This document shows, piece by piece, positions 10,154 to 19,818 of a DNA stretch of 64,000 nucleotides. Made by a program: the position numbers and the translations under genes. The notes under the pieces are model-generated. The model was not told where the DNA came from. It made no database searches and was given only the letters and a program-made list of their open reading frames with translations. Positions within the stretch are counted from its first letter, which is position 1. Each line of letters opens with the position of its first letter. This stretch comes from Minisyncoccota bacterium (GTDB lineage: Bacteria > Patescibacteriota > Minisyncoccia > UBA6257 > JAGOQP01): assembly GCA_041661795.1 (NCBI GenBank), contig JBAZTS010000001.1, positions 39,459-103,458 of the forward strand, given 5' to 3'.

Positions 10154-10834
10154 TTATATAAACAAGACGGAAAGACCAAGATAGTTAACAATTATATTTC
10201 CAAACACTACACCGATTAAACCAGCCAAGACAAATGGAATTCCTAAAGTAGTATATTCTTCTTTAAAAATTATCTTTTTTACCAATGAGACAAGAATTAT
10301 CATAATAAAAAGAAAGACAAAGAAAACAACAAAAGCAGGCCACCCGCAACATAAACAGGCCAAAAATCCCAAATTGGTCTCTCCTTCATAAAAAAACCTT
10401 TCTTGGTATTTGACAAGATACTTTAATATAAAAAGCCAAACAAGAGAAAGGGCTAAAACTAATAAAGAATTAATCCAAAACCTGTTAAAAGCGTAAAAGA
10501 GAAAATATCCCATCTCTCCTCCAAATATCTTTTCCAAAACAGGACTTTGATTTATCTCATCAATATTTCCCAAAGAAGCCGAATTTTCCAAAAAGTTTTT
10601 GGCAAAATCATTAGACGACCAAAGACGATACTGTAGAAAACTTGTTACTAAAGGATAAGCAACGTAGAAAATAATTACAATCCAGCAAAATATCTTCAAA
10701 TACTTTACTGATTTTTTTATATCTTTGTTTTTATAAAAAAAGAATAAAAAAGATCCCAATAGCAACGCAATAAACAAAAAAAGATTGTAAGTGGTTATTT
10801 CAATCATTTCACTCAACCGTAGGGGCAGAAACAC
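10154..10834 (-). CDS. polytopic membrane protein of unknown function
   Basis: 226-aa ORF with at least 6 hydrophobic helices; the true start may be the internal Met at 10807, with a small 46-aa TM ORF at 10809-10949 upstream. Confidence 0.4.
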   Translation of the reverse strand: MFLPLRLSEMIEITTYNLFLFIALLLGSFLFFFYKNKDIKKSVKYLKIFCWIVIIFYVAYPLVTSFLQYRLWSSNDFAKNFLENSASLGNIDEINQSPVLEKIFGGEMGYFLFYAFNRFWINSLLVLALSLVWLFILKYLVKYQERFFYEGETNLGFLACLCCGWPAFVVFFVFLFIMIILVSLVKKIIFKEEYTTLGIPFVLAGLIGVVFGNIIVNYLGLSVLFI

Positions 10835-11187
10835 TGGGAAGCAATAGCCCTTGTTCTTTTACTTTATCTTTAATAGAAAGATACAAAGCGATAGCGACAA
10901 TAAAAACAACAACAAGAATTATTGTAAGCACAATTGATTTTTTTGACATATTACAGCCAAATAATTTTATTCGACAGTATCAATATTATAAATATAGCCA
11001 GCCAAGCAATGGTGGCAAAAATAACTCCGGCAATAAATCCAGAAAGAGAAGAAGCAATAAGCTTGCCTATTTTATATTTATATTCTCTTGGCTCATGGGA
11101 AATGAAATCTTGTAGCATATTTTTGTTTTTATTATTAGTCGATCTTTTGTATAATTATAGCATAGAAAAAATTAAAACAAATGGAAT

Positions 11188-11739
11188 ATGGGGATAATTA
11201 TATATATAATAATTTTATTACTTATGGTTTTGGTGCTAATAGGGTCCCTCCTTTATCAATGGAGTTTGATTTCAGAGGCGCCCTTTATTCCAACACCTCA
11301 AAAAGCCATAGAAAAGATAGCCAATTACGTGGAGATTAATGATAATGACGTTGTTTTTGACTTAGGATGCGGAGACGGGAGGTTTCTGGAAATTTGTTAT
11401 AAGAAAAACAGTAGAGCGTCTTATATCGGCATAGAGAAAAAGTTAGTCCCCTTTCTTCTGGCTAAACTAAGGGTATGGAGAATGAAAAGTCCTTTTAATA
11501 TCAAAATAGTCAAAGGCAATATTTTCAAGCAGGATTTTAGTAAAGCCACTTTCATATATACATATCTTTTCCCCGAGGTTATGGAAAAACTTGAACCAAA
11601 GTTGGAGAAAGAGTTAAAACCGGGAGCAGTTGTTATATCCTGTGATTTCAAGTTTAAAAATAAACAACCAGAAAAAATAATAAACTTAGGAAGAAATAAA
11701 AAACAATTGGCCAATAATTTAGTTTTTTACAGATTTTAA
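11188..11739 (+). CDS. class I SAM-dependent methyltransferase
   Basis: N-terminal TM helix then motif I VVFDLGCGDGRF and acidic loop; 183 aa. Confidence 0.6.
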   Translation: MGIIIYIIILLLMVLVLIGSLLYQWSLISEAPFIPTPQKAIEKIANYVEINDNDVVFDLGCGDGRFLEICYKKNSRASYIGIEKKLVPFLLAKLRVWRMKSPFNIKIVKGNIFKQDFSKATFIYTYLFPEVMEKLEPKLEKELKPGAVVISCDFKFKNKQPEKIINLGRNKKQLANNLVFYRF

Positions 11740-12204
11740 TATTGTTTCCAATCTCTCCAGAAACTGAATTTGAGATGGAAATATTTTTGTTTTGGCTTCT
11801 TTTGTATTAAAAAACTCTCCTCTATCAACTTCGGGCCATTCTTTCATAAAAAGAAACGGGATTTTGGCTTTAACCATATTGCTTTTGGTTCCAATTTTTT
11901 TATCTCCGTTTTTTAAAAAGTCAGAAGCTTCAACTCCCCAGGCATAAATTGTTTTTCCGCTTTTTGTAACAATATTTCCCAACTCAATGAAATTTCCATC
12001 AACTTCAAAACCAAGTTCCTCACGTGCTTCTCTTTTAGCTGCCGAAAAATATTCTTCTCCATCGTTAACACCGCCCTTGGGGATATCCCAAGAGCCAATA
12101 TCTTTCTTAGACCAAAAAGGTCCGCCGGGATGGACCAAGAGAAATTCAAGTTCTTTATTATTATTTCTTCTGTATATTAAAATTCCAGCACTTATTTTCT
12201 TCAT
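11719..12204 (-). CDS. NUDIX hydrolase
   Basis: Nudix box GGVNDGEEYFSAAKREAREELGFEV. Confidence 0.75.
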   Translation of the reverse strand: MKKISAGILIYRRNNNKELEFLLVHPGGPFWSKKDIGSWDIPKGGVNDGEEYFSAAKREAREELGFEVDGNFIELGNIVTKSGKTIYAWGVEASDFLKNGDKKIGTKSNMVKAKIPFLFMKEWPEVDRGEFFNTKEAKTKIFPSQIQFLERLETILKSVKN

Positions 12205-12372
12205 AATATTGACTGTATATATAAAAGTTTCGTTTCGCGAACCTCCGGAATCGTTTTGGCATGGTCTAAATTATGCTGTTTAGCATGATTTAGCAAAACG
12301 ATGAGGACAAGCAAGCGAGTCGCTGGTCAAAGCGAAGCGGGTTCAAGAAATGAAATTTTTATATAATAGGTG

Positions 12373-12768
12373 TTACTCAGTTGTCTTTCCGTCAAAATGC
12401 TCTTCCTGCGCCATCGCCTCCGCTTTTGTGACCCTCACTACTCCGTCTTGATGCTCTGGAGGAGAATAAATTGTGTAAAGTTTTAACGGTTTATCAGAAG
12501 AAGTGTTTATTATGTTGTGCTTGGCTCCGGCCGGAACCACAATAGCAAAACCATCGGATATTTCATGCTCCACTCCATCTAAAACCGCCTTTCCTACTCC
12601 TGCTTCAACTCTTAAAAATTGGTCTAACGTATGAACTTCTTCTCCAATGTCTTCTCCCGGTAAAAGAGACATCAAAACTAATTGACTATTTTTAGCAGTA
12701 TAAAGCACCTTTCTAAAATTTTCATTCTCCAGAGTCAACTTCTCTATATTATCAACGTATCCTTTCAT
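12373..12768 (-). CDS. cupin domain protein
   Basis: 131 aa, two-motif cupin barrel (G(X)5HxH-like GEEVHTLDQ...; VVPAGAKHNIIN). Confidence 0.55.
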   Translation of the reverse strand: MKGYVDNIEKLTLENENFRKVLYTAKNSQLVLMSLLPGEDIGEEVHTLDQFLRVEAGVGKAVLDGVEHEISDGFAIVVPAGAKHNIINTSSDKPLKLYTIYSPPEHQDGVVRVTKAEAMAQEEHFDGKTTE

Positions 12769-12809
12769 AATATTTTTTTTATTATTTTTTACGACAAATT
12801 AATTATACA

Positions 12810-12848
12810 GAAACAGCCCTCTTTTGGAAAGGGCTGTTTTATTTTTCG
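12810..12848 (-). terminator. rho-independent terminator downstream of the giant surface protein gene
   Basis: AACAGCCCT-cttttggaa-AGGGCTGTT 9-bp perfect stem flanked by A-run and T-run (bidirectional). Confidence 0.55.
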
Positions 12849-12869
12849 TAATATCTGCGATGTTTTTAT

Positions 12870-15800
12870 TTACATCTGTCCTTGACTTTGGTTGCCGTTC
12901 TTATTCTTTCTGTTTTTATACCAAGAATTAGCGGACTGCCAGATTCCATAAAGCGCCAAAAGAATTAAGAGAAGAACCAACCAACTTACCCAATTGTTTC
13001 CGCTTCCTAAACTTAAAATGTTAGCCATAAGCAAGCTACCGGCTGCCGGAGGATTTGGAAGAGCGCTCAATTCTGCCTGTTCTAACACATTGGCTTGTAA
13101 ATTATCTCCTCCAATTTCAGGATTTGGAGTTTCTGTTGGAGCTCCCGGAGTTAAAATTCCTTCTGGAGCCGGAATATTTCCACCTGCGCCTTCACCAGCT
13201 TCACCTCCAGTTGGTTCTATTACTCCTTGAGGAGCCAGAACAACTATTGGGGCAGGAACAAATTCTTTAGTGGTAACCACGTGCTCTTCAACTCCAAAAG
13301 CCAGTGAGCCGTGAGATACAGTCCTGTAGTAGTAAGTCGTACTCGGTTCAAGTCCTGTTATGGTTATAAAGTGAGCCAACACCGGAACGTCAACATTATA
13401 TTCAGGTGTAGTTCTGGCATATCCGTATTTTGGAGGAGTTCCGGAATTATCATTCAAATCAAGAGTATGAACCTCTCCTTCTCTAGCGTAAATTACTTGG
13501 CTGGTTGATTCATAACTGGTGTTCCAAGCAATACTAATAGAAGTGTCGGTAATTTCTCCAATTGATTCATTGGATACGGAAAGTTCCGGTCTTGTGTAAC
13601 CACCTCCGCCACCGCCACCTCCACCACCGCCTCCACCTTGCTGTTGTTGCTGAGCAATGTCGTCGTTAGTAATCGTACAAGTTTTATGCTGTCCAACGGT
13701 AATAGGACCGGAACAATTTTCACTCATTTGCGTAGTATACAGAGAATCAGCATCTTCAGTTACCGTGTAGTTTGTGGCACCGCGGAAATAGACCACGGTT
13801 CCTTCTTCATCCCCCAAGAATGTGGTAGGAGCAAATAAATGATCCAGAATCACTGTCGCATATGCCTTTGTGGTTCCAAAGAAGCTAAGAACACTGTTTA
13901 CAATTTTATTCAAAACAGTAAGTTCTTGCTGTGGAACATTTACATGAATAGTAAATTCTCTTGCGGTTTTTGTGCCTCCGTTATCATTTATAACGTGTTT
14001 TATCACCGTAATTGATGTCTGGTTTGTATTGTTGAAAGTACAGGTCACGGAATCGGCATTTCCAATGACTATATTTTCTCCATTCGGAATATCACTACCA
14101 ACACCTCTGTCGCCAGACAGACAAGACACGCCGGTTAAACTCCATCCTTCTAATGGATTCTCAGTCACATCATATGAACCGGCATTCAACATAATAATTT
14201 CAGTCTGAGCAGACCCTCCAATTGTCGTGACTTGAGGTGATATTTGAGTTCCGCTTATTGAGAAATTAAATGTTCCATCATCACCATCGGTATGTTTGAC
14301 GATAGTGAGTTCCGCCGGCTCTGCTGTGTTGGTAATCGAACAAGTTGCATTTTGTCCAAGATCCAAATGAATATAGCTTCCGTCGTTCTGAACACCTTCA
14401 CAATTCCATCCTCCAGGAGTGTATCCGGAAGGTCCTCCTGATTCAGAAAGAGTATAGGAACCGACATTTACACTTACATTCGTAACAGCTTCGCTTCCTG
14501 TAACACCTGAGATATCTGTCGGACCAGTGGCTGAAAGCGTCCATTGATCTGCGGTTGCAGACCCGACACCTTCTCTATTATTAACATTTTTTATAAGAGT
14601 GAGTTTTGGAGCAATATCATCGTTAGTGATCGTACAAACCCATGCCTGTTGGTCATCTACGTGAATAATTCCATCTGTATTATTTTGTTGTCCGCTCACA
14701 CAACTTATTCCGGTATTTTCATATCCAAGAGAAGTTGGATCATCTTCACTTACTGTGTAATCTCCCGGAGCAAGAAAGTTGGCTTGACCGCTCGAAACAC
14801 TACTCGGCTCGATTCCAACAGAAGTAATTTTTAGAGAAAAACTGCTTTGTGTAAGAGTTCCGCCGTTATCATTTATAACATTTTTTATAACCGTTATTGC
14901 TCCTTGTCCTACGGGAATATCACTGTTAGTAATGGTACAGCTTTCTGTTTTGTTGCTTGCAACCCCGATAATTGTACATGAACCTTCTTGAGAATCGGAA
15001 AATGAACCTGCATAACCTTCACGGCTTGGTTCAGACACCGCATAAGCGCCCGGATCAACATCAACGGTATTTTGGCCAGTCATCGCTCCTTCTTCTGCGG
15101 TAAATGGAGTTAATGGACCATCATTTAGATTAAACGAGAAATCGTTGGCATCCGCAGTACCAATGCCGTGATTTATGACGTTTTTTGTAATAACAAGATG
15201 ACCTGTTTTTTGCTGATTGGTAATTGTTATGTCGGTGTTTGTTCCGGCACCTACGGTAATCTGCGCTCCGTCTCCATTGTTCTGATTTTCATCAATACTG
15301 TACGACACAAATGTATAATCGTCATCCGGATTTTCTGTAATCGTGTATGTCTGACCGGGATCAAGATTAGAGTAAATGTCCGCTGAATTTTCTCCCACTC
15401 CGTGTTGGTTGGAGCCGTTAATCATTACATAGAACGTGTGTGAGTCGTTCGCATCACCTCCAGTCGGACCTACGACATCTTTATAAATTGTTATGGAACC
15501 GCGTTGAGTATTGTCAAAAACGCAGTGTATTTCTTCACCCGGATCAAGATCTATATAAGCAGTCATACCGTCTGTGGTAGTGCCCTGGTCTGGATCAATA
15601 CAAACCAAACTACTCATATCCCATCCGGTTTTTGTAAGTTCCGCAACGGTATATGGTCCTGGAGCCAGCCAAGCGCTGATATCCGTTTCCATATTATTTA
15701 GGAAGAAATTGGATTGATAACTTGCTGAAAATTCAAATTCAGTAGTTGTGTCATCGTTAGGAGTAGTTTGTTTTTCAATAACAATCTTCCCCATCTGTTG

Positions 15801-17141
15801 GTTTCCAAAATCCTTTGCTGTTTCATTATTTCCACCGCTGATTGTTGTATCGTGTCCGAATATTGAACCATCACAAGATGGTCCGGAACCGGGAGATATT
15901 TGTCTCCAACCGGATTGTAACGCTTCACAAACTTTGTAATTTCCATTTCCTAAACCGAGGAAAGAATAATTTCCGTTTAAATCAGTAGAAGTAGAAGTCG
16001 TTGCCGTTCCGGATAAGTTCATTGTCCATCCGGGGAGTCCGACTTCATCTTGGTCTTTTATTCCATTGCCGTTCAAGTCATTATACTTCTGACCAGAGAT
16101 AGAACCAGAACTTCCAATAACAATATCGTCTACTCTAAAGTTTTCATCTGTTTGACTTGCATTAGTTCTTAATCTAAGTGAAAAAGTTGAATTATTAACA
16201 GGAGCAGGAAAATTAAAATTCACTTGAGAACTCCATGATAAATTATTTAATGAGTGAGAATTTATATTTGTCCATGATGGACTTCCGCTTGTACAATCTC
16301 CCAAGCGATATTCCACAACTCCATAATCATTGGATTCAGCATCCGAATCTCCTTTCCAAAAATAACTTAGAGCAAAATTAGTATCATCAGAAGCGTCAAA
16401 GGTTCTACAAATTGAACCAGTATCTTCTATTTTTACAAATTTATTAGAAACATTGCTGTCTTGAGTTTGATCTTCTCCACTGGTAGTACCAGTAATTTGA
16501 GCTGGCTCACTCTCAACCCACCCTGAAACAGTAGCTGAATTAGTAGTACCAAATGTTTCTGTAAATGGAATTGGAGTTGGAGGAGTATAGTAAACTTTTA
16601 CTCGTAAATGATCTAGCCACGCAGAATCTCCTCCAGAAGTGGCATCCATTTGTACTCTAAAATTACTGCTATTTATTATACCCGTAGTCCAAGAACTATA
16701 TCCCCAATCATTTGTACTATTTCCAAGTGTTATAATACTATCACTAGTACTTAAGGCCCCAGTATTTTGTGGAGATGTCCAGTTGGTACCATTATTCCAT
16801 GACAAAGAAACATCCCAAGTTCTACTCGAACCACTATCTCTACGTCCTTCAACGCCAACTTCAATCCCATTAATAATAGAACCGGCGGGAATACTAAATC
16901 CAAAATTATAATAAGAGTTTCTATCACTACTTGAATTATATTCAGCTCTGCTATCGTTTGATGAATAAGCGTTTGCGGGACTACCAACAGAAGAACCGCC
17001 AAAATCAACATTACTTATTGGTGAATTCCATCCGCTATCCGCAGCCCAAGCTATTCCCGTAGGAAAAGCGATTCCGAAGACAAGAGTGATAATAGTTACA
17101 TAAGCCGACAACTGACCGAAAAACTTTTTTGTGTGATTCAT
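12870..17141 (-). CDS. giant cell-surface protein (1423 aa), signal peptide, multiple Cna-B/prealbumin-like and FN3-like repeat domains, polyQ/polyG linker, C-terminal TM anchor with basic tail
   Basis: N-terminal signal peptide; repeated (I/L)T(V/I)IKNVINDNGGT and LTLIKNVNN segments; QQQQGGGGGGGGGGGGG run; C-terminal ...LPNPPAAG-hydrophobic helix-KNRKNK. Confidence 0.8.
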   Translation of the reverse strand: MNHTKKFFGQLSAYVTIITLVFGIAFPTGIAWAADSGWNSPISNVDFGGSSVGSPANAYSSNDSRAEYNSSSDRNSYYNFGFSIPAGSIINGIEVGVEGRRDSGSSRTWDVSLSWNNGTNWTSPQNTGALSTSDSIITLGNSTNDWGYSSWTTGIINSSNFRVQMDATSGGDSAWLDHLRVKVYYTPPTPIPFTETFGTTNSATVSGWVESEPAQITGTTSGEDQTQDSNVSNKFVKIEDTGSICRTFDASDDTNFALSYFWKGDSDAESNDYGVVEYRLGDCTSGSPSWTNINSHSLNNLSWSSQVNFNFPAPVNNSTFSLRLRTNASQTDENFRVDDIVIGSSGSISGQKYNDLNGNGIKDQDEVGLPGWTMNLSGTATTSTSTDLNGNYSFLGLGNGNYKVCEALQSGWRQISPGSGPSCDGSIFGHDTTISGGNNETAKDFGNQQMGKIVIEKQTTPNDDTTTEFEFSASYQSNFFLNNMETDISAWLAPGPYTVAELTKTGWDMSSLVCIDPDQGTTTDGMTAYIDLDPGEEIHCVFDNTQRGSITIYKDVVGPTGGDANDSHTFYVMINGSNQHGVGENSADIYSNLDPGQTYTITENPDDDYTFVSYSIDENQNNGDGAQITVGAGTNTDITITNQQKTGHLVITKNVINHGIGTADANDFSFNLNDGPLTPFTAEEGAMTGQNTVDVDPGAYAVSEPSREGYAGSFSDSQEGSCTIIGVASNKTESCTITNSDIPVGQGAITVIKNVINDNGGTLTQSSFSLKITSVGIEPSSVSSGQANFLAPGDYTVSEDDPTSLGYENTGISCVSGQQNNTDGIIHVDDQQAWVCTITNDDIAPKLTLIKNVNNREGVGSATADQWTLSATGPTDISGVTGSEAVTNVSVNVGSYTLSESGGPSGYTPGGWNCEGVQNDGSYIHLDLGQNATCSITNTAEPAELTIVKHTDGDDGTFNFSISGTQISPQVTTIGGSAQTEIIMLNAGSYDVTENPLEGWSLTGVSCLSGDRGVGSDIPNGENIVIGNADSVTCTFNNTNQTSITVIKHVINDNGGTKTAREFTIHVNVPQQELTVLNKIVNSVLSFFGTTKAYATVILDHLFAPTTFLGDEEGTVVYFRGATNYTVTEDADSLYTTQMSENCSGPITVGQHKTCTITNDDIAQQQQQGGGGGGGGGGGGGYTRPELSVSNESIGEITDTSISIAWNTSYESTSQVIYAREGEVHTLDLNDNSGTPPKYGYARTTPEYNVDVPVLAHFITITGLEPSTTYYYRTVSHGSLAFGVEEHVVTTKEFVPAPIVVLAPQGVIEPTGGEAGEGAGGNIPAPEGILTPGAPTETPNPEIGGDNLQANVLEQAELSALPNPPAAGSLLMANILSLGSGNNWVSWLVLLLILLALYGIWQSANSWYKNRKNKNGNQSQGQM

Positions 17142-17336
17142 ATTTGTTTTTTTATCTTAATTTTTAATAATAAAAAACGAACAAGTTAAATAACCTGTTC
17201 GGTGTTTAAAAAGACGACCACTGCCTTGTTTTATTGTTATTTATGTTTTTGTAAACCAATCCGGCCTTTAATTAATAGACCTCATTTACCCAAAAACTAT
17301 ACAATACAACCTCAGATAAAGTCAAGTGGATAACAA

Positions 17337-17366
17337 AAAACCCCGTTATAGGGGTTTTTTGTTAGA
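17337..17366 (-). terminator. rho-independent terminator downstream of the cold-shock gene
   Basis: AAAAAACCCCGTTATAGGGGTTTTTTGTT; CCCC/GGGG stem with U-tract. Confidence 0.7.
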
Positions 17367-17389
17367 TTTACAAATCTATATTTTCATTC

Positions 17390-17599
17390 TTAAACGCGAG
17401 TTACACCGGTTGCGTTCATTCGTCCGTCTCCTTTGTCGGATTCGGTTTTTTCAAAAGATACTTTATCACCAACTTTGAGGTCTTCAAAGCTTACGCCTGT
17501 AACCCCATTTTTGTGAAAAAATAAATCTTTTTCTTCTCCTTCAATGGCAATGAATCCAAATTCTTTGCCTTCTGGGAGAGATTTTATTGTTCCTTCCAT
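17390..17599 (-). CDS. csp: cold-shock domain protein (CspA family)
   Basis: RNP1-like KGFGFI (here EFGFIAIEG) and CSD fold; 69 aa; long AT-rich 5' leader. Confidence 0.85.
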   Translation of the reverse strand: MEGTIKSLPEGKEFGFIAIEGEEKDLFFHKNGVTGVSFEDLKVGDKVSFEKTESDKGDGRMNATGVTRV

Positions 17600-17751
17600 A
17601 ATTATAAATTTAACTTTATTAATGTTTTAAGGTTTTACCCTAAAGCTTAGCTCCTTGAATAAACTCGACGAAATTTTTATTAAGTAACTATCTTAATTGC
17701 TATTGTTAATACTAGCACATAACAGTCAATAAGTCAATCTAAAAGATCTGA

Positions 17752-18195
17752 TTAAGATTTAGAGGCCTTTTTAACTGATTTTTTGGTTTTTATAACCGGA
17801 ACTGTTTTTACTAACGGTTTGACATTTGCCATAGCTTCTACCGCCTTAATGAGTCGGTCCATCTTTACATTCAACATCTCTAACTGATTCTTTACCTCAT
17901 TATTATCGGTTCTAACGGGAGCTGAAAATCTGTCATCTCTAAAATCTCTATTGCTTCCTGTCTCTTTTTTACCTCCAAAACAGGCGTTGCAATACACCGG
18001 TTTACCGCTACTTGGTCTAAAAGGCACTTCACATGGCTTTTTACATTCATCGCAAACCGCTTGGTGCATAGTGACTGGTCCACGATCTCTGCCTCCACCA
18101 AATCCACCTCTGCCTCCACTTCGTCCACCAAATCCTCCACCACGTCCCCCACCACCACCGAAACGTTTTCCACCGCCTTGTCTAAAATCTCCCAT
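17752..18195 (-). CDS. Gly/Arg-rich (RGG-box) zinc-ribbon protein, CxxC-x17-CxxC, probable RNA-binding
   Basis: N-terminal GGGRGGGFGGRSGGRGGFGGGRDRG, then CDECKKPCEVPFRPSSGKPVYCNAC, Lys-rich C-terminus. Confidence 0.55.
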   Translation of the reverse strand: MGDFRQGGGKRFGGGGGRGGGFGGRSGGRGGFGGGRDRGPVTMHQAVCDECKKPCEVPFRPSSGKPVYCNACFGGKKETGSNRDFRDDRFSAPVRTDNNEVKNQLEMLNVKMDRLIKAVEAMANVKPLVKTVPVIKTKKSVKKASKS

Positions 18196-18312
18196 ATGTT
18201 TATATATTAGTTATTGTAATAATAAACAAAGTATACACCGTTTCTATTCAAAAAGCAAAGGAGAGCTTCATTTTTTCGTGCATATTTCCCAAAAATAAGG
18301 TACTCTCACAAA

Positions 18313-19812
18313 ATGTTTAAAGAAGACACAATCCTCAGATTTAAAGACGTAAGCTTTGAATACGGAAATAATAAACAAATTCTAAACGAAATTAACTGTT
18401 CCGTGCGTCAAGGATTAAAAATAGCAATCATGGGTCAAAACGGTTCGGGCAAAACGACCATTTTTGATTTGATTACAGGAAAGTCAAAGCCAGAGTCGGG
18501 CACAATAAGCGTGAACAAAGACATAAGCATAGCAATCGCTCGCCAAGTTATCCCCCGTGATGAACTTAACCTCACTGTTCGGGAATTTTTTGTTAAGGCG
18601 TTTGATGATTCCGCGTCTGTTGGCTTACGTAAGGCCAGTGGGAAAATTTATGATATTGACCCGAGAATAGATAAAGCACTTGAGATAGTAAACTTGAGCG
18701 GTCACGAAAAGCTCCATGAGCGTATTATTAAGTCCTTTTCTGGTGGTCAGCAGGCTCGCATTCTTTTGGCGTCCGCTCTTATTCAAGAGCCCGACCTTCT
18801 TCTTCTTGATGAACCCACTAATAATCTTGACAAGGCCGGTATTGAGCACCTAAGACAATTTTTAATTGATTATAAAAAAACAGTCATTGTGATTTCTCAT
18901 GATGCAGAATTTCTTAATGCATTTACCGATGGCGTTTTATATCTTGATGTATTTACAAAGAAGCTTGAACAATATGTGGGAAACTATTTTGACGTGATGG
19001 AACAAATTACCGCCCGGGTAGAAAAAGAAAATAGAAAAAACGCTCAACTTGCCAAAATAATTCAAGAAAAAAAAGACAAGGCAAATTTCTTTGCTCACAA
19101 AGGCGGACAGATGCGTCTGGTTGCAAGACGTATGCGCGATAAAGCTCAAGAACTTGAAGAAAAAAAAGTAGATACACGCAGAGAAGATAAAACAATTCGG
19201 CCTTTTACTATTATGAATCAACCCGATTTATCCGGTGATATCGTAACCATTTCTTCATTAAAAATAATGGACCCAAAAACCAATAAATTTGTATCTAAAA
19301 AAGTTAAAATTGTTTTACGTCGCAATCAGCGCCTTCTTTTACAAGGTCCAAACGGTATTGGTAAAAGCACGTTACTTGAATCAATTGTAAAAGGTGAACT
19401 GGAAACTGCAAAAATTATGAAAGACATACGAGTAGGATATTATAGACAGGATTTTTCAACGCTTGATTTTGACGCTACGGTATATGAGGCCCTAATGTCG
19501 GTTATGGAAATAAAATCAGAAGAAGACATGCGTTCTGTTGCGGCCGGTTTTTTGATAACAGGCAATATAATCAACACAAAAATCGGCGATCTATCTGAAG
19601 GTCAGAAGGGACTGGTCGCCTTTGCTCAATTGGTGCTACAAAAGCCGGGATTACTCATTCTTGATGAACCGACAAATCATATAAATTTTCGCCATATTCC
19701 GGTTATCGCTCAATCTTTGAATACCTACGCTGGCGCGATGATTCTTGTAAGTCACGTTCCCGACTTTGTGAATAAAATAAGGATTGATGAGGTGCTTGAT
19801 TTGGGAAAGTAA
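18313..19812 (+). CDS. ABC-F family ATPase (tandem ABC domains, no TM domain)
   Basis: Two Walker A sites (GQNGSGKTT, GPNGIGKST), two signature motifs (LSGGQQ, LSEGQK), charged linker between the domains. Confidence 0.85.
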   Translation: MFKEDTILRFKDVSFEYGNNKQILNEINCSVRQGLKIAIMGQNGSGKTTIFDLITGKSKPESGTISVNKDISIAIARQVIPRDELNLTVREFFVKAFDDSASVGLRKASGKIYDIDPRIDKALEIVNLSGHEKLHERIIKSFSGGQQARILLASALIQEPDLLLLDEPTNNLDKAGIEHLRQFLIDYKKTVIVISHDAEFLNAFTDGVLYLDVFTKKLEQYVGNYFDVMEQITARVEKENRKNAQLAKIIQEKKDKANFFAHKGGQMRLVARRMRDKAQELEEKKVDTRREDKTIRPFTIMNQPDLSGDIVTISSLKIMDPKTNKFVSKKVKIVLRRNQRLLLQGPNGIGKSTLLESIVKGELETAKIMKDIRVGYYRQDFSTLDFDATVYEALMSVMEIKSEEDMRSVAAGFLITGNIINTKIGDLSEGQKGLVAFAQLVLQKPGLLILDEPTNHINFRHIPVIAQSLNTYAGAMILVSHVPDFVNKIRIDEVLDLGK

Positions 19813-19818
19813 TACAAT

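Noticed and set aside
10934-11197. 87-aa plus-strand ORF 10934-11197
   Set aside because: It has no domain, is very hydrophobic and low-complexity, and overlaps the methyltransferase start. It is more likely noncoding promoter region. A 46-aa minus-strand TM ORF (10809-10949) is an alternative but remains unsupported.
13000-13060. LPXTG sortase signal at the C-terminus of the 1423-aa protein
   Set aside because: The motif is LPNPPAAG, not LPXTG. The hydrophobic helix plus basic tail is noted only as a generic C-terminal anchor.
12994-16911. Numerous 60-96 aa plus-strand ORFs inside the 1423-aa surface protein gene
   Set aside because: They are antisense to a long, domain-structured CDS, with no independent support.
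17892-18298. ORFs 17892-18173 (-) and 17951-18298 (+) overlapping the Gly/Arg zinc-ribbon gene
   Set aside because: These are alternative-frame or antisense reads through a GC-rich low-complexity (GGN)n region. The frame encoding the RGG box plus the CxxC-x17-CxxC ribbon is the coherent one.
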